Source: Raillietiella orientalis (Eukaryota). From it: a stretch of 64,000 nt of DNA. Under the pieces are notes generated by a model. The model had not been told where the DNA came from. It did not search any database and worked only from the letters and a program-made list of their open reading frames with translations. Made by a program: the position numbers and the translations under genes. Position 1 is the stretch's first letter, and each line of letters starts with the position of its first letter. Below are positions 1 to 11,396 of this stretch, piece after piece. The stretch lies in contig JAYWIR010000019.1 of assembly GCA_036172245.1 (NCBI GenBank), positions 1,674,001-1,738,000 of the forward strand, in the 5' to 3' direction.

Positions 1-254
1 GGGTGCGGAAAGGAAATCCTGGATTCCAACGCGGCGGCGGAAGTCATTCCGCGCGGGCGATGTCCAACCTCGAGGACCGCGAACGCGACGGGCGGTTGGT
101 GGGGCAAAGCGACGGGATCGACGCGCGACATGGGGAGATCCAGTCGGGGAGGGAGACCGTTGGAGACCAGCCGGAAGAGGAACCTTCCCGATGCCCGGGT
201 GCACGTAGCCTGGAAGAGGCCACGTGCACTCAGGCTGCTGATGATGGGGAGGAT

Positions 255-1050
255 AACGGAGATCCTTCTGGCTTTTTCTTTCAGGTTTCATTTTTTTTGG
301 TTCGCTGAGTACCTCGAAGACAGTCGCGCCCCTGGAGGCGGCTCACGCAGCTCTTTGACGCTGTTCCACGCCACCCGAGGGAGAGTGTAATTCTTCAAGA
401 TAGGAGGTGCCTTGAGGAAGGGACCACCTACGAATCCAGGAAGGGCTTTAAAGAAGGGAGTCCCGTTCCTCTCACTTCTGCGGAGAGATCCCCGAAGGGA
501 ATCTCCTTCCTTATGCTCTCTGGAGGGATCCCCGAAGGGGTACGCTCCATTTTTTCTTCTCCAAAGAGAACCCGCAAGGGAACCGCTCCCTTATTGCTCC
601 TCTGAAGAGAACCCCGAAGGGACTCTTTCGAAATTTCTCAGAAGGGCGCTCCTCGAAGGGAGCGGCACGCTTCTTTGCACTCTCTGGAGAGGCACCATCG
701 ATCCATCAGCTCCATGGTACGAGACGAAGGGTCCATCCACGAGGGGAGAGGGACGGTCCCTTTGCACAACTGGAGGAGAACCCCGAAGGGAATAGGACTC
801 CTTGATTCAGTTCCTGGAAGGACCCCGGAGGGTCGACTCCCAATCCCGGCCACTCATCGATGGCATCCGGTTTTTACCAGCTTCTAGCAGTGCCTCACCC
901 GATTATGGGTCAACCAGCGTCATCTCGCGGGAGGAACTCGAACCCACGACGCACCCCCCATCTCTCGGCGTCGATTCTTTCCGAGTATTCGCACCCGCGA
1001 CATCTGTTGGTGCCACGCGCAGAAACCGCAACCACGTGCCCTCCGACACG
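255..1050. repeat. Unclassified dispersed repeat, copy 1 (~40-bp hairpin-monomer array plus tRNA-like segment)
   Basis: Colinear with the reverse complement of 52620-53440 (e.g. gcagctcttt.acgctgttc.acgcca, ttcttcaagatagg, gagaaccccga.ggga, tgcactctctggagagg, aaccagcgtcatct.gcgggaggaactcgaaccc). Confidence 0.85.
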
Positions 1051-1099
1051 GGCTGGGCTACTGCTGACCGGGAAAGCGTCGGGCAAGGTCCTGCTTGCG

Positions 1100-1690
1100 G
1101 ACGTCGTCTAAGGGATAGGACGGCTGTATCCTCGGCGGAGCAGGGAGTGCGGCGTGAAAGAACAGCACAAAATAGAGACGAGCAGCATCCTTGCGATGGC
1201 AGGCACGCTACAACCCCGTCTCGGGAGGCTGCGCCGGATGAGATTGGAGGACCGCGGGCGACGGACAGAGCGCGAAAGGAACGAAATTCTTTTCTTTCGG
1301 GAAGAGGTGAAGATCGCCGGTGACTTCAAGCAGCTCCGCGATCTTGGGCGCCTCTGCTAGGCAGTGGTTAAAACGGAGCTTCCTACCATCTTCTTGCGTA
1401 GGTGAAGTGCCGGAGCCACAAAAGGTGAGGAAAACCACGTGATCGGGAGACAAAAGATCAAGTGAACGGAAATATCAGCGCAGGTTCGGCCTGGCTCGCT
1501 TCGAGTCGGGTGCTTCGCGGCGTGACGTTAGCGGGCGCGCGATCGGCGCGTCGTCCGAGAACGCAGTGTGCACGCAATGGCACGATCGGAAACCGGCCCA
1601 CCTCCAAGTGGCGCCCTTGCGCAGCGAGGCTCCTGGCGGTCGATTTGAGGTGGCCCACTCTGCACGCCGAGCCGGCGGTTCTAGACTACG
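1100..1690 (+). mobile_element. Decayed tyrosine recombinase fragment (DIRS-like)
   Basis: One frame with several stops reads ETSSILAMAGTLQPRLGRLRRMRLED (box I-like) ... RSVHAMARS...AQRGSWRS (HSxR...GxWxS box II-like). It shares the ETSSI motif with the 2.6 kb fragment. Confidence 0.4.
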
Positions 1691-2199
1691 ACTCGCCTAA
1701 ACTTTCTGAACCAGACTCAAGTCCTCTTCGACTGCCCACCGCCTGGCAACGATGGAACTTCATGCCGTTAGGGGCTGCTGCTGACAGCCTCCCGATTCTG
1801 AATCTACGCGTCGTCTTCCCCACACGAATCACCCTCGATCTCGATCAACAACGATGGGCGACTTGGAATTCATAGACAGACTGCCTTTCGTGGGATTTCC
1901 GGAATGCCGGGAACGGCGTCGCGAAGTCACGCTAGCGGTGCCGAGTTCCAGAGATTCGTGTGCCGAAGCGGATGCGTAGGAAGCAGCACTTTCTGACCAC
2001 CATACCATGAATCAAGGAAGCCGGAAGTCTGTCGATTCTGGTAGTTGCAGAGCGCGCCATTCTTGCAATCTGGGGAAGCTGACGAAACGACAGGCGAGGC
2101 CGAAGCAGTCGGCAGTGGCGCCGTTGGGCACGTCCTCTTGTAAACGGAAGGCCCGTCTTCGTAAACGTTAACGGTCACGCCAGCTGTTGTTTGCTAATG

Positions 2200-3300
2200 G
2201 TCACTGGAGTGCGGGCCGGAAAAAAAGTCTTTGCCACCCCGTGAACTGGCGATACAGCCAACGCAAGTCGAACGACGGGAAGACGTGGGTTTCTCGGCAG
2301 TCTAGCAGCAGGTGACGACAGGGGAAAAGTTCCTTGCCGCCCTTTCCTGGTGATGCCAGGAACGGCAGGCTTCCCAAAGCTCGCAGCTGCCACCGACAGA
2401 CAAGCGCAGGAGCAGCCGAACAAACGCCTTCTCGCGGGCAGGAAACGCAAAGATGCGGCAAGACACAAGAAATACGTCGGCAGGACCGAACAACTAAGTG
2501 GGTCGCCAGATTGGAGGGGCGGGCCCGGTGCCAACAGAAAAAGCCTTTTTTCCTTTTTCTTTTTGCTAGCTGCTGCTTTTGGTCCCGCTTGGAATGCGCG
2601 AGGGGACAGGAAACGACCAGCAGCATTCCCGCCGTCCTTGGGAGCGCACGCGGTGCACCCGCTCGCCCCTCACAGTTGGCACTCGGATCCCACTTAGCTC
2701 TTCGTTTTCTTCCCGATTCCGGAGCGCGCCCGTCCCAGCCCAGGGGCTGGCCGCACGTGATCTTTCGAGGATCCGCTCGCACGAGCAAGCGGGACAAGTG
2801 CGTTGCAGTGCGCGGCACCGACGGCGAGGGTGTGGTCAGGGAGATAAGCGAAGATTCATTGTCGAGGGAAAGGACGTCTGACGAACAGCACTGATCGAGG
2901 GCCGGGAGTGGTTTCCGGAGATCCAAGGGAAGCAAAGGGGACGTCGCGGTCGGCTATTAAAGATTGACGCGGATACCTCGACCCGCTCAGGAATTCCTGG
3001 AATCGAGGTTCTGCCGGAGAAGAGAGAGGCGGGGAACGTGGCGGATGCCAGAGTTCACTGCCTGGATGCGCCCAGAGTCGCTCTCCGGTGTACCTGAAGG
3101 CACCGCACGCGCTGTGAGGGCCGGAGCCGAAACCATTCTCCTCGCCGCTGGGCAGTGTGCGCGCGCACTGACTGTTCCAAGTGGGAACCACGCGGAGCGC
3201 ACAGGAGCGCCACTGACAATCCTCCGCTCGCGAGCCGGAGCGATGTTTCCCCGGGAAGAGACCACCCGCACGCAAACACGGGAACCAGCTCGATAGGGCG
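2200..3300 (+). mobile_element. Decayed DIRS-type tyrosine recombinase fragment
   Basis: Across frames: KRLLAGRKR, ETTSSIPAVLGSAR, LALRFLPDSGAR (compare LxFxPxFxAK), DKCVAVRG (compare LCPVRAL), SAIKD* and SVRAH*L (compare RAHDVR). Multiple frameshifts. Confidence 0.45.
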
Positions 3301-3699
3301 TGGGCTGTTGTCAGGAGTCCGCTGGTGTAGACGGCTGGGGCGAGGAACGGTTGGCGCGGAAGAATTTTCGTTCCACTCCCAGATGAAATTGCCCAAGCTG
3401 CCTGGATAGGAAAGATCGAAAAAGCCGCGGGACGCGTGGCAACGCAGCGCACACGATGGGAAAGCGGCAGAGACCGGAAGGAGACGGATGACGGGGGGCA
3501 AACACGTGGAACGGCAAACGCCTGACCTTTCCATTCGTTCCCGGTTCCCCTCCCGGAACGAACCACAGGGAACGTGCGAGAGGAAGGAGCGGGAAGCACG
3601 AAACACCCTCGCCCCGGAGAGAACACCAGCGAGAGGGAGCGAGCGGTGCATTCGCGACACCCGGAGCATTCCACCTTGAGTTTCGGCGCACAGTCTTTG

Positions 3700-4760
3700 A
3701 GGAGACACTCCCCAATGCGGGACCTAGGTCCGTAGGGCGCCAGTCGCGCCGTAATCATTCCGAATGCACTCGCGCACCTTCGGAGCAAAAGCGAACCCGT
3801 CGAAATGCAACATCCTTCCGCTTCTGCTTCTGAGACACCCCGTGCCCTGCGCGTAGAAGTGCGCGTGAATGAAGAGACTCCTGCAGGCCTCGCAGTTCTT
3901 GCAGCAGCCACGCGGGGGTCCGACAGGAATCACAGACGACCAGCGGAAAACGCCAGCAGGGGTGGGTGGGGGAGGAGGCGAACGCGGAATTCTGCTGCGG
4001 GGGAACACGGAAACGCGGAGATGCAAACGGGTGCATCCGAGTGACCACCGATCCCATTCCTGTCGGGCGTCTGACGTGGCAAGGAACACCCAACATGCGA
4101 ACACGAGGCCTTCTAAAGCACTGCAGGCAGAGGTCCTTCAGATGGAAAGGTCCGCCTGCTGAAACCCAGTCCACGGCCATCACGACCACGGGTGCAGGAT
4201 CCTCTTCCTCGGGATTGACGTGAGGGCGTGCATGGCTTGAACTCGGAATCGCTCACTTAAAGAGGTTGTGACGATGATGACAGACGTCACATCCAAATTG
4301 AGTGAGTGACTCTAGCGCAGCAGCAAAGAGTGAGGTTCTTCCTTCGTCTTCGCTTGCTCTCCCGTTGCTGACTGTTGGATGGGGAAGGAAAAAAAAAAAG
4401 GGCCAGATTTTCCGGATCTTCACCGAGAAGGCGAAAAGGCAGCTCTCCACGCAATGTGCGACGGGTTCAAAGACGGAAGTCACCATCATTCTCTGAGGCA
4501 TCACGCTGTCTTCCTGTCGCGACGAAATGCTCCTTCAACGTGTGGGCGCGCCCTGGACGGCTGTCGCCACACAACCGCAAAATGCACCGAGGCCGGGGGA
4601 GCCCGAAAACAGCGAGAACTGCCAGCTGGGTTCTGCCCACCGCACGGAGGGAAAACCGCGGTCCAACGGGCGCACGGCTTCTCCGAGTCAAGAACACACC
4701 AGCAACAGCCACCGCGATCTGATGACGACCTGTTACCCTCGCAGAAACGACTTCACTGTC
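3700..4760 (-). mobile_element. Second decayed DIRS-like pol fragment (RNase H/MT-like region)
   Basis: 3945-4045 aligns by eye with 5560-5650 (ggaaacgccagca...gcgaacg...aacacgg...gcagaga.tgcaaacgggtgcatc). Translation gives QLAVLAVF..LCGDS and DPAPVVVMAVDW, resembling the DIRS LELxAV..DN and DPxAxxxDAxxxxW motifs. Confidence 0.4.
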
Positions 4761-4999
4761 TCGAGGAGGAGGAGGAGGAAAATCGTGCATTCGGGCCACC
4801 ACAGAGGCGTGGTAAAAAAGAAAAAAAAAAAAAACGCAGCAACCTCACGTCCTGTCCGACCGCAGTGGGTGTCTCCTGCTAGTTCTCTCGCGATCCAAAG
4901 TGCCTTAGACATCCACGATGCTCTTTCCCAAGTCACCGCATTCGCGCGGCTTTGGCGGTCACGTGGTACCTAGCCCAGCAACCACCGAGCATCCGAATC

Positions 5000-6687
5000 C
5001 GAAGGCAATCTTCAGGCAGTCGAGCACTGCTTCTCCTCAGAGAGCTGACAAAAACGGGCGAAGGGGTGCACCCCAATGGTCTCGAATGAGGGAGCCATCA
5101 CCAAGCAACACGCACTGGCAGTGTGCCTCGGCATCGGACGCACGGAAACATCGTCTTTCCGAAGGGAGTTCCGCCGTGGAAGCGGCTGCTTTCCTGCACC
5201 ATCCTCCCCACGGCCTCCGTTGCCCGAACCGCGAGGACCGATCGCTCTGAGTGGAATTGCCGCCCCCAGGGAAAGCCACGAACCTTCTACGAACGTGCCC
5301 TCCGGTCCGAAACAGAGTGTTTCCTGCCCTCTCTTGCTGCCCCGCGGAGAAGCACGTCAAAGCGTTACCTAACGCCCGGAGATTCATCCAAGTCGTCCGG
5401 GACATCGGTGGAGCACTCGTCACCAAGCAAGCGGTGGGGGAGGGAGCAGTTCCCGGAGGACGAGCCGGACGGAAAGCGAGGAGAGGAAGAGCACCGCTCG
5501 CACACGAGTGCGCGGGAGGAAACGGAACGAGCGTCCAAAGCAGGAATCGCAGATGACCGGAGGAAACGCCAGCAAGGGGGGCGAACGAGGGATCCTGTTG
5601 CGGTAACACGGCAATGCAGAGACTGCAAACGGGTGCATCTGGAGGGCCACAAATCCAGGGGACGCTCCCCGCAATGAACTGGCCAGGGGATCCCACTGCT
5701 AGAGGAGAAGTTGCGTCGGGATTTCTTGGGATGGACCGACGGACGGTCAGGAGCGGCGGGTGAACTTTCGAAGTCCGGTCTTTGGCAGGATTCCGGACTA
5801 TCGACCAGGAGCTACTGGTCCTGCCGCGGGCAGCGAGACCGACATGAGAGGGACGGAAGCCCCGATGAGCGGAGCAGACAACGAAGATGAAGGGTGAGGG
5901 GATGCTCAGCTGACGAGATCAGACACGCACCGGACCCAACCCGGGGACGGCGCACACGCCTCGGGAGAAACAGGCAGACGCGCGCGCACAAGAAGTGTGG
6001 AGTCTCTCATCTCCGCGCTAGTTCCGTCGCAGGCGTGCACCGAGAATCGATCCGCAGCTGAGGTCAGATCCAGCCTCCGGCGTCGGGGAAGGCGGGAAGG
6101 AAGGGAACTGCCCAGGATAATCACACAGACCTCAGGCAGCGTGGGCACCAATGTAGAGTGTGTTTGCATGTCCCCCCCCCCCCCCCCCCCCCCGAGAACC
6201 GCAGACAGAGAGCGTTCCAAGAGACGAGGAAACCAGCACAAGAACGCAGCACGGCCTCACAAGATGCCATGCAACGGAGGTCCGAGAGGAAGGTACCGCT
6301 TCCGATGCGTTTCCGCCCTAGCGATACCTCGATGATCGCCAAGTACTCTGAGAGCCCACGCCGGGCTCAAGCGAGGGATGGCTTGGCAACGAAAAAAATC
6401 CGTGGAAGGGACAGGAGGTCTAAGAACGGAAAAAAAAAAAAAAAAAAAAGATCCCGCTCCAGCATTTTGCGCGCAAAGGCTCCCTCCGTGCTCATGCCCC
6501 TCTGATTCGGCAGGAGTGGGTTCTTCTGAGCAGGCAGTGGTCTGCGCGCTCAGGAGCGCCGGTGCAATCATTCGCTCGACGTGTCTTATGGTGGAGCGAA
6601 CGCGACGTGAAACCTTCACTTCGGACCGACCACTCCCCGGAGTGCCGGATGCGCGAAGCCACCATCCGGTGCTTCATCCTTTCCAAG

Positions 6688-6724
<37 letters not shown>

Positions 6725-7700
6725 GAATTCCAAGATCCTGCAGCACTTCGTTACCTGGGTCCCCAGTGTCAACGAGGATGCGCCCTGCATTGTCTCCCCT
6801 CAATGCCTAGCTGGAGGGCTACTTCCTCGTACTTTTCCAGCTCGTTCCTCCTAGCTGCGCTGGACGCCTCTTTCCCACCCCGAAAAAGCAGCAGATGTCC
6901 AGCACTGTTGTTCGATTTCCTTTCTTCAGCGCTAGGTCTGGTCGGACGAGGGATTCCGTTCCTGGAGCCCCCTGGTTGGTAGACACTAGGGCCCATTTTG
7001 CTTCATCCACCGCGGCCATCCTGATCATGTCTCAGATCGCGTAGTATATCTCGGTGAAGAGATGGAAGTGCCTCTTGCATCGGTTTAAGATATGGGGCAA
7101 CGTTTCGTCTTTCGTCCGGCAGCGCCGACATGCGCGTTCCTCTGATTTCACCCTGGGCCCGGCTCCGATTGGTAAAACATTTTATCCGGGCTGCATGAAT
7201 GAAACTGTAATCCTGGAACCTCAGGTATTCTCCGCTGGTGAGGAAGATGCTCGAGGCGTGGTGCATATGCTCACACACTGCATGACTCTCCCTTGCCTAA
7301 GGTGCTCCTGGACCAGGGATTGCCACGCGTGCTTTCTCTGCGATGCTTTCACGCCGGAGACAAAATTTCTCTTCGTGCTGCTGCTGAAGATGACGCCATC
7401 GACAGTTATGTTGGGCTCTCCACCAGCAAACTCCCAGCGAGCGCTGGTTCGTCTCGAAGGCTTCTTCCCTTTGGACCATAGGCTCTCGATATCCCTGCTG
7501 CGCTGTGCGAATTCTCCCGAGGAAGTCCCCGTCGTGAAAACCCTTTTCCGCTTCTGCCCTGTTGGCGCCAGCAGGAACCCCTCTGTCCCCTGCCTCGATG
7601 CGCGACTCCAACGGAACCTTCACGCGCATGCGTAACTATGGGAAACTCCGCCACTCGCGTACGACGATCCAGAACGGACGAACCTTCGTTTGGTACGGAA
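5000..7700 (-). mobile_element. Decayed DIRS-like retrotransposon pol region (RT, RNase H, methyltransferase-like domain, start of recombinase)
   Basis: Degenerate motifs appear in the expected order across frameshifts: EYLRFQ...ALP..NVAPYL (RT 4), DMIRMA..KKGN..FFG (RT 5-7), SGEWS (RNase H GxWS), HPFA...LLAFPP (DIRS MT-like YAFPP), and WGGWCRK (recombinase N-terminus). Many stops and homopolymer insertions; boundaries approximate. Confidence 0.55.
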
Positions 7701-7749
7701 ACCAAACCTCGATGAACGCATCCGAGGACGTTCAGCGTGCAAGCGGGCA

Positions 7750-8430
7750 GCTCGGGTGTCGAGACACGCGCGCGCGCTCTTTTCCGCTCCTTCCGAGCAT
7801 TTCGATCCGTCTGGAGAGTAAGTGATCTCTGAGATCACTGAGTTTGGTGATCTGCCGTTGTCCACGTTCGTCCCGCACTTCCCTGGTCTGGCCATTACCG
7901 GGTCGAGATCGCATTCCGGCTCGGACAGCGGTAGCCCCCAAGCAGACCTTCTTCGCAAGTCTCTCTTGGTACGCAACACACAACTCCCTCCCGAGTGGCT
8001 CCCCTGCACTCGGGATAAAGTCGACCGCGGCGCTCAAGAAGGTAGGCGGAAAGCTCCAAAAAGAAGATCAAGGGGATCTTGGTCAAAAGATGAGCAAGCA
8101 GAGCTCCGCAAAAAAGAGCGAGCAGAGGTCCCTGCAAGGTTCCGTGAGCTCGGAAGCCAACCACACCGGAAGGAGAACAGGCCGAAGCAGTTGCTCCGCA
8201 ATCGACATGGCAGCGATCAGATAGCACTAAACAAAGACAGGTCCACGCTTTTCTTCCCAAAGAAGGAGCCGCAGTTTCCGAGCATCCCGCGAAGTGCAGA
8301 ATGGCTTCGAGAGCGCGCACCCTCTAACAGGCAGCCGTCTTTTGCAGCAACCAACACCTATCACTCACACGTGAACAAGCGCGTACCCTCTTTCGCCGAC
8401 GTGCAGCAGAGCTCGCCCTTTACGCCCTAA
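7750..8430 (+). mobile_element. Decayed tyrosine recombinase fragment (DIRS-like)
   Basis: ORF 7822-8430 contains GLAITGSRSHS (box I-like), STLFFPKK, SIPRSAEWLRE (compare TISxWxR) and TYHSH (compare HSxR) in recombinase order. Confidence 0.4.
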
Positions 8431-8489
8431 CACTTTATGTACACGTTTTCGTTTAGCGTTAGGACCCTTCAATGGTACGTACATCTTAC

Positions 8490-8650
8490 CTCCATGTCAA
8501 ATTCGTATGTGGCCACTTACTGCCTTCTGCAGTGTACCTCTTCACTCGTCCGAAGGATGACGTCACGTCAGACACTCCGCACCGTGGCTTTTTCATGAGC
8601 ATTTCCGTGGCGTTGTCGATGTTCCCAGTAACAGGGATGTGAGCAAACTT
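8490..8650 (-). CDS. Mmp2: Matrix metalloproteinase (arthropod Mmp2-like), exon encoding cysteine switch, furin site and start of catalytic domain
   Basis: Acceptor ttgcag| at 8651 and donor AG|gtaag at 8489. The 161 nt read KFAHIPVTGNIDNATEMLMKKPRCGVSDVTSSFGRVKRYTAEGSKWPHTNLTW. PRCGxxD is the MMP cysteine switch, RVKR is a proprotein-convertase site, and KWxxxxLTW begins the M10 catalytic domain. MMP family is secure; Mmp2 orthology is from recalled similarity to Drosophila Mmp2. Confidence 0.93.
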
Positions 8651-8795
8651 CTGCAAATGGAATGCACACGAATTCATTACAGAATGAAACGACCGATACC
8701 CAAACCTAGCTTTGGCAGCTGTTTTCAGCAGATCCTGAAAACACCGCGCCGTTGCATAAAGGGTTACGGATCTAGTCCGTTGGCGTTCTGAAATA

Positions 8796-9150
8796 CAGGG
8801 GTACCTCGGTACTCGTCGGTAATTCGTTCCGGAACTCGTGACGAAACCGACGAGTACCGAACGAGTCCCTTTCTAGGCTTCGTGGTATGATTTTCAACCA
8901 TTCTAGGACCCATGATGAACGCTTACAATGCACAGAGAGCACACAAAAAGGAACGGGAGGGACTCTATGGAAGTGTTCGTCGGCAGTGTTCGCGAGCTAC
9001 CATGAGACGAGAGCGTTCACTCCTTTCATCATGAGAGTGGGATTCGAGTTCCGAGCGTGCGCCGAGTGTCGGAACATTTCTTTCTCGTCAAAATGCGGCG
9101 AGTACCGAGTTCGGTGAGTTCCGGCATCGCCGAGTACCGAGGTACCACTG
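8796..9150. mobile_element. Non-autonomous Tc1/mariner-superfamily (Tigger/pogo-like) MITE, 355 bp, in MMP intron
   Basis: Terminal inverted repeats CAGGGGTACCTCGGTACTCG ... CGAGTACCGAGGTACCACTG (19/20 match), flanked by TA on both sides (8794-8795 and 9151-9152). Subterminal repeats of CGAGTACCGA. No coding capacity. Confidence 0.85.
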
Positions 9151-9599
9151 TATTATCATGTACACGTACGGAGGCGCGAAAACCGGAGTGCGTGCGAGTG
9201 TGTTTTTCGCCACTCAAATCCTCACGTACCAAAGCTCGACTTGGTTCGGAACGGAGAAGAAAAAAAGAATCGACACCGCGCAAGACGACCGCTCGGAGAA
9301 GAGCGCAACGTCCACAGTCGTAAATTCCACGCAGCCTCTTTCAAGCAACGGCACGGACTTGCGGCGATGAGAATAAAAAATCTCGAGGTTCGCGCTAGGG
9401 TGCCGAATTATTTAGTTATCGCGCGTCTGCCTGTGGTCATCGATGGTCAGTGTAACCATTCAATGAGGAATATGCCATCAGAAAACAGGCCGCAGATGTG
9501 TTTACGTCTCGTTCCACGACATTTAACTTTTTTCATGGACGGTGGGAAGTCAACAAGCGGCACGTTTTAGAATGAGGACTACTAGCTGCTAGGATGCTC

Positions 9600-10100
9600 A
9601 ATCCGTTGTTTGCAACAGAACAGACCTTGGATCACTCCGGGCACAATCTTGAAAGGTGTTTCGCAACTGGGTGAGTTCAGACCCCATGCCGGAAGCAATC
9701 GGGGAGATTGGGGGAACGTCAGGGAGCGAGTGGCGGCATCGGGGATTCTTGGGATGGTCTCGGAAAGTCGGAGCGATTCCCTTCCTTTTACTCACGGAAG
9801 GCTCTCTCTTCGAGCAAAAAGTGCTACCGCGACAGTCAGAAGGAAGTTGGGCTACCGTTCCCGTGAAGACAAACTTCCCCTATTCGGAGGTTCGCCCCGC
9901 ACGGACCCCCATTCATCTGCACGCCCCTTTCCACGCGAAACGCTTCCACCCTCTTGTGGCTGGGGCACTCGACAACCCGTGGCTGCCTCGCTCAGTGGAT
10001 TCTGCAGCGTTATGACGAAGGATGGGGTCGAAGGCCCGCTGCGCCTTCTCGTGGGCACCCGGCGTGCTTGCTGCTGTTGCCGCAGAGCCCATGCCAACGT
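9600..10100 (+). mobile_element. Decayed tyrosine recombinase fragment (DIRS-like) in MMP intron
   Basis: ORF 9610-10143 reads TILKGVSQL..RPH..DWG...AASGILGMVSESRSDSL, resembling the LLKG..RP..WD / KxxxLLxLxSxxRxSxL region of DIRS recombinases. Confidence 0.35.
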
Positions 10101-11294
10101 TTCCGTCCGATCGGACAGAAGGAAGCGACAAATTTCATCGTAGGCACTGCTGAGCTCACTGGATGCGAGAGGGCCCAAAGCCATAAAAAATCAACGAGAG
10201 ATTGCGAGATGAATCATGCAGTACTCCAGTCAGCGAAATGTCCTCGAAGAGATGACTTCGAGATATGGGATACGAAGATACGAGATACGAAGGGAGCAGA
10301 TTCCTCGGAGACGCTTCGACGACATTCGGTCGAAACCTGACGATCGGAAACGAAAGGCCATCCGTTATTCACGGTCGGTCGGAATCAACCAGTCTGCGTC
10401 CGAGTTGACCGACAGTTTCGGTGAGACAGAAACGCTCTTGCAAGACTCGGGTTGCGACTTTGAACCGCAGAAGTTCAACGCATACAAAAAGAAACGAAAG
10501 GAAAGCACGCGCGGGCCTTTTTTTTTTTTTTTTTTTCTATAGAGGGCAGCGAATCCCGGGAGGGATATTGGATTTCTTGTCTTTCAGTACCGAATACTAG
10601 GCGAAATTTTCCGCAAGTCTTCCGAATGACATGCAGGGCACAGTGTGTGTGCATAGTCCGGAGATGCGAGCAGCGATTGCCTCGGTAACTGGACGATACA
10701 TTCCGCGGTAACATCAGATAGGAGAACGAGAAAAGCAGAAAGGCTTGAATCTTTTTTTTTTTTTTTTTTTTTAAAGGACTTGGATGCTTCCAGCTGGGTG
10801 ATTAGGGGACTTTGAGTTATTCTTCGATTCGAACGCAGTGTTCCTTAAACATGGGCCCACTGAAGAAAAAATGCGCCTCGACAAGGCGGCGGCACGAGGA
10901 AATCGAGCGTCCCCGCTCGTATCCTTCGAACGGGGACCACGGCTATGGGCTCCACCCAACGTCCGTCCGTTCCAAACGGCCAAATTCCTGCAGCCAAAAC
11001 TTCAAAAGGAAAAAAAAAAAGGAAAACCAGTGTTTGCGAATTCGGACAGCAGCAGCGGCAACAACAACAAGAGGGAGGGCGGCAGCCAGCAAAGCGCAGC
11101 AAAAGTGTTGACACAGACGATGGGGGAGGGGCACAGCTGACGTGAAACCGGCCGAACGGGCTGCCGCAGTCAGCCGACCCCTGATGGTTCGATCTCAAAC
11201 GTGTTCGAGGAACACGCTCCGAGGCGGGGCAACGAGCGAGGCCCCGCAACGTCTTCCCTCGCATCCGGGAACGCCGCACCTCTTGCCACTTTAC

Positions 11295-11396
11295 CTGTAG
11301 GGTTTTGATAGCAAGGGTCACATCCTCCTCGCTTCTCAGGAGACCGATTTCCTGGTCCGATGCTGGCAGGTATCCAAACTGAGTCAGGTATTTGAT
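11295..11396 (-). CDS. Mmp2: Matrix metalloproteinase prodomain exon (PG-binding-like helix)
   Basis: Acceptor ccttgcag| and donor CAG|gtaaag. The 102 nt (phase 0-0) read IKYLTQFGYLPASDQEIGLLRSEEDVTLAIKTLQ, which has the MMP YLxxFGYL and AIxxLQ motifs and joins in frame to the 8650 exon (LQ|KFAHIPVTG). Confidence 0.9.

Noticed and set aside
595..665. Hammerhead ribozyme (CTGAAGAG...CGAAA)
   Set aside because: Stem III and the UH cleavage site cannot be formed, and the two core motifs are not jointly conserved in copies 2 and 3.
478..840. Hairpin monomer array as a CRISPR array
   Set aside because: Eukaryotic context, degenerate repeats, linkers related to each other rather than unique spacers, and no cas genes.
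2856..3911. 351-aa ORF and other long ORFs (10845-11774 outside the MMP exon, 12152-13099, 13906-14784, 35786-36688)
   Set aside because: No recognisable domains, low-complexity or homopolymer-derived residues, and overlapping ORFs in several frames as expected by chance, especially in GC-rich DNA.
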